Translations under genes and position numbers: made by a program
In this document: piece after piece, positions 1 to 9,768 of the stretch
Position numbering within the stretch: the first letter of the stretch is position 1
Layout: each line of letters opens with the position of its first letter
Notes under the pieces: generated by a model
What the model was told of the DNA's origin: nothing
Database searches by the model: none
The model's input: only the letters and a program-made list of their open reading frames with translations
Assembly (NCBI RefSeq): GCF_006345805.1
Contig: NW_021825395.1
Location: forward strand, 1 to 16,112
DNA: 16,112 bases
Origin: Octopus sinensis
Taxonomy: Eukaryota
Direction of reading: 5' to 3'

Positions 1-369
1 CAGATATTTTCACGAGGCATTTCCGACTCTGCCAAGGTAATATCTGACCTAAAATTTTCAAATCATCGCACTCGCGCCAAATTTATCGGCAGCAAATAAA
101 TATAAGCCGTCGATTCCATTACGGAATTAACCAGAAAATTCATAATTAATCAATATAGGGTGGCAAAAAAATTTTGTAGAATTTTTTTGCCACCAGCGGC
201 CTAGTGGGGAAAAATTAAATAGTCATAGACCATTTTTAAGTTCAATATCAACAATCAAGGAACGGCCATAATAGGCCATTCACCCACTAGAAATAACAGC
301 CAAAGCTTCAACCGCAAATAAAAGTCAACTCCGTAAACAGGAGAAAATAAAAAAACATTTACCCTTGTA

Positions 370-478
370 ATTTCTTATACGATGCACACCGTTTCATCTG
401 CTGTTTAATGGTAAAGTAACCTGATTAAATTAAATCAAGCCAATCTTCCATAGGCCCTCAGATTCTTCAGTAAGAAAT
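370..478 (-). ncRNA. Type I hammerhead ribozyme, unit 1
   Basis: Minus strand: AUUUCUUA-CUGAAGA-AUCUG...CAGAU-GAAA-stem III-GUA^UAAGAAAU. Predicted cut between 378 and 377. This copy has a 2-nt insertion in stem/loop III. Confidence 0.9.
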
Positions 479-862
479 AGCCACAAGTCGGAACAGATAT
501 TTTCACGAGGCATTTCCGACTCTGCAAGGTAATATCTGACCTAAAATTTTCAAATCATCGCACTCGCGCCAAATTTATCGGCAGCAAATAAATATAAGCC
601 GTCGATTCCATTACGGAATTAACCAGAAAATTCATAATTAATCAATATAGGGTGGCAAAAAAAATTTTGTAGAATTTTTTTGCCACCAGCGGCCTAGAGG
701 GAAAAAATTAAATAGTCATAGACCATTTTTAAGTTCAACATCAACAATCAAGGAACGGCCATAATAGGCCATTCACCCACTAGAAATAACAGCCAAAGCT
801 TCAACCGCAAATAAAAGTCAATTCCGTAAACAGGAGAAAATTTAAAAAACATTTACCCTGTA

Positions 863-969
863 ATTTCTTATACGATGCACCGTTTCATCTGCTGTTTAAT
901 GGTAAAGTAACCTGACTAAATTAAATCAAGCCAATCTTCCATAGGCCCTCAGATTCTTCAATAAGAAAT
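863..969 (-). ncRNA. Type I hammerhead ribozyme, unit 2 (C3U core variant)
   Basis: Same motif; core reads UUGAAGA (plus-strand A at 961). Confidence 0.8.
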
Positions 970-1364
970 AGCCACAAGTCGGAACAGATATTTTCACGAG
1001 GCATTTCCGACTCTGCCAAGGTAATATCTGACCTAAAATTTTCAAATCATCGCACTCGCGCCAAATTATCGGCAGCAAATAAATATAAGCCGTCGATTCC
1101 ATTACGGAATTAACCAAAAATTCATAATTAATCAATATAGGGTGGCAAAAAAAGAAAAAAAAAAAATTTTGTAGAATTTTTTTGCCACCAGCGGCCTAGT
1201 GGGAAAAAATTAAATAGTCATAGACCATTTTTAAGTTCAACATCAACAATCAAGGAACGGCCATAATAGGCCATTCACCCACTAGAAATAACAGCCAAAG
1301 CTTCAACCGCAAATAAAAGTCAACTCCGTAAACAGGAGAAAATTTAAAAAACATTTACCCTGTA

Positions 1365-1471
1365 ATTTCTTATACGATGCACCGTTTCATCTGCTGTTTA
1401 ATGGTAAACTAACCTGATTAAATTAAATCAAGCCAATCTTCCATAGGCCCTCAGATTCTTCAGTAAGAAAT
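1365..1471 (-). ncRNA. Type I hammerhead ribozyme, unit 3
   Basis: Canonical core CUGAAGA/GAAA/GUA with stems I-III intact. Confidence 0.92.
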
Positions 1472-1855
1472 AGCCACAAGTCGGAACAGATATTTTCACG
1501 AGGCATTTCCGACTCTGCCAAGGTAATATCTGACCTAAAATTTTCAAATCATCGCACTCGCGCCAAATTTATCGGCAGCAAATAAATATAAGCCGTCGAT
1601 TCCATTACGGAATTAACCAGAAAATTCATAATTAATCAATATAGGGTGGCAAAAAAAATTTTGTAGAATTTTTTTGCCACCAGCGGCTAGTGGGAAAAAA
1701 TTAAATAGTCATAGACCATTTTTAAGTTCAACATCAACAATCAAGGAACGGCCATAATAGGCCATTCACCCACAAGAAATAACAGCCAAAGCTTCAACCG
1801 CAAATAAAAGTCAACTCCGTAAACAGGAGAAAATTTAAAAAACATTTACCCTGTA

Positions 1856-1962
1856 ATTTCTTATATGATGCACCGTTTCATCTGCTGTTTAATGGTAAAC
1901 TAACCTGATTAAATTAAATCAAGCCAATCTTCCATAGGCCCTCAGATTCTTCAGTAAGAAAT
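1856..1962 (-). ncRNA. Type I hammerhead ribozyme, unit 4 (stem III mismatch)
   Basis: Core intact; plus-strand C>T at 1866 changes GUA to AUA and breaks a stem III pair. Confidence 0.8.
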
Positions 1963-2364
1963 AGCCACAAGTCGGAACAGATATTTTCACGAGGCATTTC
2001 CGACTCTGCCAAGGTAATATCTGACCTAAAATTTTCAAATCATCGCACTCGCGCCAAATTTATCGGCAGCAAATAAATATAGCCGTCGATTCCATTACGG
2101 AATTAACCAGAAAATTCATAATTAATCAATATAGGGTGGCAAAAAAAATTTTGTAGAATTTTTTTGCCACCAGCGGCGGCCTAGAGGGAAAAAATTAAAT
2201 AGTCATAGACCATTTTTAGTTCAACATCAACAATCAAGGAACGGCCATAATAGGCCATTCACCCACTAGAAATAACCAGCTTCAACCAATAAAACAGCCA
2301 AAGCTTCAGCAAATAAAAGTCAATTCCGTAAACAGGAGAAAATTTAAAAAACATTTACCTGTGT

Positions 2365-2470
2365 ATTTCTTATACGATGCACCGTTTCATCTGCTGTTTA
2401 ATGGTAAAGTAACCTGACTAAATTAAATCAAGCCAATCTTCCATAGGCCCTCAGATTCTTCAATAAGAAA
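2365..2470 (-). ncRNA. Type I hammerhead ribozyme, unit 5 (C3U core variant)
   Basis: Core UUGAAGA (plus-strand A at 2463). Confidence 0.8.
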
Positions 2471-2860
2471 GCCACAAGTCGGAACAGATATTACGAGGCA
2501 TTTCCGACTCTGCCAGGTAATATCTGACCTAAAATTTTCAAATCATCGCACTCGCGCCAAATTTATCGGCAGCAAATAAATATAAGCCGTCGATTCCATT
2601 ACGGAATTAACCAGAAAATTCATATTAATCAATATAGGGTGGCAAAAAAAAAAAAAAAAAAAATTTGTTGAATTTTTTTGCCACCAGACGGCCTAGTGGG
2701 AAAAAATTAAATAGTCATAGACCATTTTTAAGTTCAACATCAACAATCAAGGAACGGCCATAATAGGCCATTCACCCACTAGAATAACAGCCAAAGCTTC
2801 AACCGCAAATAAAAGTCAACTCCGGAAACAGGAGAAAATTTAAAAAACATTTACCCTGTA

Positions 2861-2967
2861 ATTTCTTATACGATGCACCGTTTCATCTGCTGTTTAATGG
2901 TAAAGTAACCTGATTAAATTAAATCAAGCCAATCTTCCATAGGCCCTCAGATTCTTCAATAAGAAAT
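2861..2967 (-). ncRNA. Type I hammerhead ribozyme, unit 6 (C3U core variant)
   Basis: Core UUGAAGA (plus-strand A at 2959). Confidence 0.8.
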
Positions 2968-3347
2968 AGCCACAGTCGGAACAGATATTTTCACGAGGCA
3001 TTTCCGACTCTGCCAAGGTAATATCTGACCTAAAATTTTCAAATCATCGCACTCGCGCCAAATTTATCGGCAGCAAATAAATATAAGCCGTCGATTCCAT
3101 TACGGAATTAACCAGAAAATTCATAATTAATCAATATAGGGTGGCAAAAAAAATTTTGTAGAATTTTTTTGCCACCAGCGGGCCAAAGTAGTGGGAAAAA
3201 TTATAAGTGTAGACCATTTTTAAGTACAACAATCAAAAGGAACGGCCATAATAGGCCATTCACCCACTAGAAATAACAGCCAAAGCTTCAACCGCAAATA
3301 AAAGTCAATCCGTAAACAGGAGAAAATTTAAAAAACATTTACCCTGT

Positions 3348-3454
3348 ATTTCTTATACGATGCACCGTTTCATCTGTTGTTTAATGGTAAACTAACCTGA
3401 TTAAATTAAATCAAGCCAATCTTCCATAGGCCCTCAGATTCTTCAGTAAGAAAT
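3348..3454 (-). ncRNA. Type I hammerhead ribozyme, unit 7
   Basis: Canonical core and stems. Confidence 0.9.
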
Positions 3455-3850
3455 AGCCACAAGTCGGAACAGATATTTTCACGAGGCATTTCCGACTCTG
3501 CCAAGGTAATATCTGACCTAAAATTTTCAAATCATCGCACTCGCGCCAAATTTATCGGCAGCAAATAAATATAAGCCGTCGATTCCATTACGGAATTAAC
3601 CAGAAAATTCATAATTAATCAATATAGGGTGCAAAAAAAAAAAAAAAAAAAATTTTGTAGAATTTTTTTGCCACCAGCGGCCTAGTGGGAAAAAATTAAA
3701 TAGTCATAGACCATTTTTAAGTTCAACATCAACAATCAAGGAACGGCCATAATAGGCCATTCACCCACTAGAAATAACAGCCAAAGCTTCAACCGCAAAT
3801 AAAAGTCAACTCCGTAAACAGGAGAAAATTTAAAAAACATTTACCCTGTA

Positions 3851-3957
3851 ATTTCTTATACGATGCACCGTTTCATCTGCTGTTTAATGGTAAACTAACC
3901 TGATTAAATTAAATCAAGCCAATCTTCCATAGGCCCTCAGATTCTTCAGTAAGAAAT
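3851..3957 (-). ncRNA. Type I hammerhead ribozyme, unit 8
   Basis: Canonical core and stems. Confidence 0.92.
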
Positions 3958-4342
3958 AGCCACAAGTCGGAACAGATATTTTCACGAGGCATTTCCGACT
4001 CTGCCAAGGTAATATCTGACCTAAAATTTTCAAATCATCGCACTCGCGCCAAATTTATCGGCAGCAAATAAATATAAGCCGTCGATTCCATTACGGAATT
4101 AACCAGAAAATTCATAATTAATCAATATAGGGTGGCCAAAAAAATATTGTAGAATTTTTTTGCCACCAGCGGCCTAGTGGGAAAAAATTAAATAGTCATA
4201 GACCATTTTTAAGTTCAACATCAACAATCAAGGAACGGCCATAATAGGCCATTCACCCACTAGAAATAACAGCCAAAGCTTCAACCGCAAATAAAAGTCA
4301 ACTCCGTAAACAGGAGAAAATTTAAAAAACATTTACCCTGTA

Positions 4343-4448
4343 ATTTCTTATACGATGCACCGTTTCATCTGCTGTTTAATGGTAAAGTAACCTGATTAAA
4401 TTAAATCAAGCCAATCTTCCATAGGCCTCAGATTCTTCAGTAAGAAAT
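4343..4448 (-). ncRNA. Type I hammerhead ribozyme, unit 9
   Basis: Canonical core and stems. Confidence 0.9.
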
Positions 4449-4841
4449 AGCCACAAGTCGGAACAGATATTTTCACGAGGCATTTCCGACTCTGCCAGGT
4501 AATATCTGACCTAAAATTTTCAAATCATCGCACTCGCGCCAAATTTATCGGCAGCAAATAAATATAAGCCGTCGATTCCATTACGGAATTAACCAGAAAA
4601 TTCATAATTAATCAATATAGGGTGGCAAAAAAAAAAAAAAAAAAAATTTGTAGAATTTTTTTGCCACCAGCAGCCTAGTGGGAAAAAATTAAATAGTCAT
4701 AGACCATTTTAAGTTCAACATCAACAATCAAGGAACGGCCATAATAGGCCATTCACCCACTAGAAATAACAGCCAAAGCTTCAACCGCAAATAAAAGTCA
4801 ACTCCGTAAACAGGAGAAAATTAAAAAACATTTACCCTGTA

Positions 4842-4948
4842 ATTTCTTATACGATGCACCGTTTCATCTGCTGTTTAATGGTAAACTAACCTGATTAAAT
4901 TAAATCAAGCCAATCTTCCATAGGCCCTCAGATTCTTCAGTAAGAAAT
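4842..4948 (-). ncRNA. Type I hammerhead ribozyme, unit 10
   Basis: Canonical core and stems. Confidence 0.92.
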
Positions 4949-5325
4949 AGCCACAAGTCGGAACAGATATTTTCACGAGGCATTTCCGACTCTGCCAAGG
5001 TAATATCTGACCTAAAATTTTCAAATCATCGCACTCGCGCCAAATTATCGGCAGCAAATAAATATAAGCCGTCGATTCCATTACGGAATTAACCAGAAAA
5101 TTCATAATTAATCAATATAGGGTGGCAAAAAAAATTTTGTAGAATTTTTTTGCCACCAGCGGGGAAAAAATTAAATAGTCATAGACCATTTTTAAGTTCA
5201 ACATCAACAATCAAGGAACGGCCATAATAGGCCATTCACCCACTAGAAATAACAGCCAAAGCTTCAACCGCAAATAAAAGTCAACTCCGTAAACAGGAGA
5301 AAATTTAAAAAAACATTACCCTGTA

Positions 5326-5432
5326 ATTTCTTATACGATGCACCGTTTCATCTGCTGTTTAATGGTAAACTAACCTGATTAAATTAAATCAAGCCAATCT
5401 TCCATAGGCCCTCAGATTCTTCAGTAAGAAAT
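5326..5432 (-). ncRNA. Type I hammerhead ribozyme, unit 11
   Basis: Canonical core and stems. Confidence 0.92.
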
Positions 5433-5815
5433 AGCCACAAGTCGGAACAGATATTTTCACGAGGCATTTCCGACTCTGCCAAGGTAATATCTGACCTAAA
5501 ATTTTCAAATCATCGCACTCGCGCCAAATTTATCGGCAGCAAATAAATATAAGCCGTCGATTCCATTACGGAATTAACCAGAAAATTCATAATTAATCAA
5601 TATAGGGTGGCAAAAAAAATTTTGTAGAATTTTTTTGCCACCAGCGCCCTAGTGGAAAAAATTAAATAGTCATAGACCATTTTTAAGTTCAACATCAACA
5701 ATCAAGGAACGGCCATAATAGGCCATTCACCCACTAGAAATAACAGCCAAAGCTTCAACCGCAAATAAAAGTCAACTCCGTAAAAGGAGAAAATTTAAAA
5801 AACATTTACCCTGTA

Positions 5816-5922
5816 ATTTCTTATACGATGCACCGTTTCATCTGCTGTTTAATGGTAAACTAACCTGATTAAATTAAATCAAGCCAATCTTCCATAGGCC
5901 CTCAGATTCTTCAGTAAGAAAT
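5816..5922 (-). ncRNA. Type I hammerhead ribozyme, unit 12
   Basis: Canonical core and stems. Confidence 0.92.
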
Positions 5923-6308
5923 AGCCACAAGTCGGAACAGATATTTTCACGAGGCATTTCCGACTCTGCCAAGGTAATATCTGACCTAAAATTTTCAAAT
6001 CATCGCACTCGCGCCAAATTTATCGGCAGCAAATAAATATAAGCCGTCGATTCCATTACGGAATTACCAGAAAAAAAATTCATAATTAATCAATATAGGG
6101 TGGCAAAAAAAATTTTGTAGAATTTTTTTGCCACCAGCGGCCTAGTGGGAAAAATTAAATAGTTATAGACCATTTTTAAGTTCAACATCAACAATCAAGG
6201 ACGGCCATAATAGGCCATTCACCCACTAGAAATAACAGCCAAAGCTTCAACCGCAAATAAAAGTCAACTCCGTAAACAGGAGAAAATTTAAAAAACATTT
6301 ACCCTGTA

Positions 6309-6414
6309 ATTTCTTATACGATGCACCGTTTCATCTGCTGTTTAATGGTAACTAACCTGATTAAATTAAATCAAGCCAATCTTCCATAGGCCCTCAGATT
6401 CTTCAGTAAGAAAT
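6309..6414 (-). ncRNA. Type I hammerhead ribozyme, unit 13
   Basis: Canonical core and stems. Confidence 0.9.
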
Positions 6415-6800
6415 AGCCACAAGTCGGAACAGATATTTTCACGAGGCATTTCCGACTCTGCCAAGGTAATATCTGACCTAAAATTTTCAAATCATCGCAC
6501 TCGCGCCAAATTTATCGGCAGCAAATAAATATAAGCCGTCGATTCCATTACGGAATTAACCAGAAAATTCATAATTAATCAATATAGGGTGGCAAAAAAA
6601 AATTTTGTAGAATTTTTTTGCCACCAGCGGCCTAGTGGGAAAAAATTAAATAGTCATAGACCATTTTTAAGTTCAACATCAACAATCAAGGAACGGCCAT
6701 AATAGGCCATTCACCCACTAGAAATAACAGCCAAAGCTTCAACCGCAAATAAAAGTCAATTCCGTAAGCAGGAGAAAATTTTAAAAACATTTACCCTGTA

Positions 6801-6907
6801 ATTTCTTATACGATGCACCGTTTCATCTGCTGTTTAATGGTAAAGTAACCTGATTAAATTAAATCAAGCCAATCTTCCATAGGCCCTCAGATTCTTCAAT
6901 AAGAAAT
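6801..6907 (-). ncRNA. Type I hammerhead ribozyme, unit 14 (C3U core variant)
   Basis: Core UUGAAGA (plus-strand A at 6899). Confidence 0.8.
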
Positions 6908-7292
6908 AGCCACAAGTCGGAACAGATATTTTCACGAGGCATTTCCGACTCTGCCAAGGTAATATGTGACATAAAATTTTCAAATCATCGCACTCGCGCC
7001 AAATTTATCGGCAGCAAATAAATATAAGCCGTCGATTCCATTACGGAATTAACCAGAAAATTCATAATTAATCAATATAGGGTGGCAAAAAAAATTTTGT
7101 AGAATTTTTTTGCCACCAGCGGCCTAGTGGGAAAAAATTAAATAGTCATAGACCATTTTTAAGTTCAACATCAACAATCAAGGAAAGGCCATAATAGGCC
7201 ATTCACCCACTAGAAATAACAGCCAAAGCTTCAACCGCAAATAAAAGTCAACTCCGTAAACAGGAGAAAATTTAAAAAACATTTACCCTGTA

Positions 7293-7399
7293 ATTTCTTA
7301 TACGATGCACCGTTTCATCTGCTGTTTAATGGTAAACTAACCTGATTAAATTAAATCAAGCCAATCTTCCATAGGCCCTCAGATTCTTCAGTAAGAAAT
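7293..7399 (-). ncRNA. Type I hammerhead ribozyme, unit 15
   Basis: Canonical core and stems. Confidence 0.92.
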
Positions 7400-7795
7400 A
7401 GCCACAAGTCGGAACAGATATTTTCACGAGGCATTCCGACTCTGCCAAGGTATATCTGACCTAAAATTTTCAAATCATCGCACTCGCGCCAAATTTATCG
7501 GCAGCAAATAAATATAAGCCGTCGATTCCATTACGGAATTAACCAGAAAATTCATAATTAATCAATATAGGGTGGCAAAAAAAAAAAAAAAAAAAAATTT
7601 TGTAGAATTTTTTTGCCACCAGCGGCCTAGTGGGAAAAAATTAAATAGTCATAGACCATTTTTAAGTTCAACATCAACAATCAAGGAACGGCCATAATAG
7701 GCCATTCACCCACTAGAAATAACAGCCAAAGCTTCAACCGCAAATAAAAGTCAATTCCGTAAACAGGAGAAAATTTAAAAAACATTTACCCTGTA

Positions 7796-7902
7796 ATTTC
7801 TTATACGATGCACCGTTTCATCTGCTGTTTAATGGTAAACTAACCTGATTAAATTAAATCAGCCAATCTCCATAGGCCCTCAGATACTTCAGTAAGAAAA
7901 AT
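7796..7902 (-). ncRNA. Type I hammerhead ribozyme, unit 16 (A9U variant or read error)
   Basis: Core reads CUGAAGU (plus-strand A at 7886); several nearby indels suggest a noisy stretch. Confidence 0.7.
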
Positions 7903-8287
7903 AGCCACAAGTCGGAACAGATATTTTCACGAGGCATTTCCGACTCTGCCAAGGTAATATCTTACCTAAAATTTTCAAATCATCGCACTCGCGCCAAATT
8001 ATCGGCAGCAAATAAATATAAGCCGTCGATTCCATTACGGAATTAACCAGAAAATTCATAATTAATCAATATAGGGTGGCAAAAAAAATTTTGTAGAATT
8101 TTTTTGCCACCAGCGGCCTAGTGGGAAAAAATTAAATAGTCATAGACCATTTTTAAGTCAACCATCAACAATCAAGGAACGGCCATATAGGCCATTCACC
8201 CACAACTAGAAATAACAGCCAAAGCTTCAACCGCAAATAAAAGTCAACTCCGTAAACAGAGAAAATTTAAAAAACATTTACCCTGTA

Positions 8288-8394
8288 ATTTCTTATACGA
8301 TGCACCGTTTCATCTGCTGTTTAATGGTAAACTAACCTGATTAAATTAAATCAAGCCAATCTTCCATAGGCCCTCAGATTCTTCAGTAAGAAAT
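8288..8394 (-). ncRNA. Type I hammerhead ribozyme, unit 17
   Basis: Canonical core and stems. Confidence 0.92.
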
Positions 8395-8708
8395 AGCCAC
8401 AAGTCGGAACAGATATTTTCACGAGGCATTTCCGACTCTGCCAAGGTAATCTCTGACCTAAAATTTTCAAATCATCGCACTCGCGCCAAATTTATCGGCA
8501 GCAAATAAATATAAGCCGTCGATTCCATTACGGAATTAACCAGAAAATTCATAATTAATCAATATAGGGTGGCAAAAAAAAAAAAAAAAAAATTTTGTAG
8601 AATTTTTTTGCCACCAGCGGCCTAGTGGGAAAAAATTAAATAGTCATAGACCATTTTTAAGTTCAACATCAACAATCAAGGAACGGCCATAATAGGCCAT
8701 TCACCCAC

Positions 8709-9138
8709 TTTTTTTTTTTTTTTTTTTTGCCACCCTATATTGATTAATTATGAATTTTCTGGTTAATTCCGTAATGGAATCGACGGCTTATATTTATTTG
8801 CTGCCGGTAAATTTGGCGCGAGTGCGATGATTTGAAAATTTTAGGTCAGATATTACCTTGGCAGAGTCGGAAATGCCTCGTGAAAATATCTGTTCCGACT
8901 TGTGGCTATTCTTACTGAAGAATCGAGGGCCTACGGAAGATTGGCTTGACTTAATTTAATCAGGTTAGTTTACCATTAAACAGCAGATGAAACGGTGCAT
9001 CGTATAAGAAATTACAGGGTAAATGTTTTTTAAATTTTCTCCTGTTTACGGAGTTGACTTTTATTTGCGGTTGAAGCTTTGGCTGCTGTTTTCTAGTGGG
9101 TGAATGGCCTATTATGGCCGTTCCTTGATTCTTGATAT
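8709..9138 (+). repeat. Inverted partial copy (~430 bp) of the 490-bp monomer terminating the array
   Basis: T20-GCCACCCTATATTGATTAATTATG...GGCCGTTCCTTGATT is the reverse complement of the monomer from its A-tract back across the unit junction to about unit position 245. Confidence 0.96.
8908..9012 (+). ncRNA. Type I hammerhead ribozyme in the inverted monomer
   Basis: TTCTTA-CTGAAGA(8915-8921)-ATC...GAT-GAAA(8989-8992)-CGGTGCATCG-TA^TAAGAA. Predicted cut between 9004 and 9005. One-base deletions in stems I and II. Confidence 0.85.
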
Positions 9139-9211
9139 CTAATATATATATATAAATATATATATGTATAATATATCTATATATATAATATATATATATT
9201 ATATAAATTAT

Positions 9212-9263
<52 letters not shown>

Positions 9264-9502
9264 AAAAGAAATATATATATATTTAATATATAAATATTAT
9301 ATATATATAAATATATATATATATTATAAAAAGAAAGAATATATTTAATATATATATATATATATATATATAAAAAGAATATATATATATATAAAATATA
9401 TTATATATATATATAAAAAAAGAATATATATATATATAAATTCTATATATATTATATATATAAATAAATATATAGTATATATAAATATATATATATATAC
9501 TA

Positions 9503-9547
<45 letters not shown>

Positions 9548-9768
9548 TATATATATATACCTAAATCATATATATAAATAATATATAACTTAAATATATA
9601 TATATCTATATATATATATATCTATATATATATATAATAATAGATATATATATATTATATACAATATATATATATATTATATAATATATATATATATATA
9701 AATATATATATATAAATCTATATCTATATCTATATTAGATATATAAGTATAATATATATTATATATAT
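9139..9768. repeat. Imperfect (TA)n microsatellite
   Basis: Almost pure A/T dinucleotide tract. Confidence 0.97.

Larger units (their letters stand above)
1..8708 (-). repeat. Tandem array of a ~490-bp hammerhead-containing monomer (non-LTR retrozyme / ribozyme-satellite-like), ~17.6 copies; runs off the left edge of the window
   Basis: The motif CAGATATT..ACGAGGCAT recurs at 1, 494, 985, 1487, 1978, 2485, 2982, 3470, 3973, 4464, 4964, 5448, 5938, 6430, 6923, 7415, 7918 and 8410 (unit lengths 484-507). Copies are near-identical. Strand is assigned from the hammerhead orientation. Confidence 0.97.

Noticed and set aside
159-205. Helitron-like 3' end (hairpin followed 6 nt later by CTAG-T) in each unit
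   Set aside because: No TC 5' terminus follows the CTAG in the tandem, the hairpin is long and AT-rich, and the CTAG is explained as part of an 8-bp RNA stem; the hammerhead gives a better explanation. Not fully excluded.
261-286. Histone 3' stem-loop lookalike AACGGCCATAATAGGCCA
   Set aside because: Stem is only 4 bp, the loop does not match the UUUC consensus, and no histone CDS is present.
283-701. CCCACTAG...CTAGTGGG as terminal inverted repeats of a CACTA/piggyBac-like MITE
   Set aside because: Only 8 bp, with no TTAA or matching target-site duplication.
977-1030. HDV/CPEB3-like ribozyme on the plus strand (contains TTCACG and a nested pseudoknot order)
   Set aside because: No P3 helix and no catalytic C in a J4/2-like position; kept only as an unassigned pseudoknot.
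926-5105. Minus-strand ORFs of 66-69 aa within the repeat (926..1135, 4905..5105)
   Set aside because: They are reported only in units with a 1-bp deletion (CCAAATTATC versus CCAAATTTATC); the consensus monomer is frameshifted there and the peptide resembles nothing I recognise.
1-8708. CRISPR array, 5S/tRNA/snRNA gene cluster or rDNA spacer
   Set aside because: No unique spacers, no A/B boxes or cloverleaf, and no recognisable 5S or snRNA sequence.
8800-9090. A>G and T>C changes in the inverted copy as fossil ADAR editing
   Set aside because: Too few sites, both directions occur, and ordinary transitions or read error explain them.
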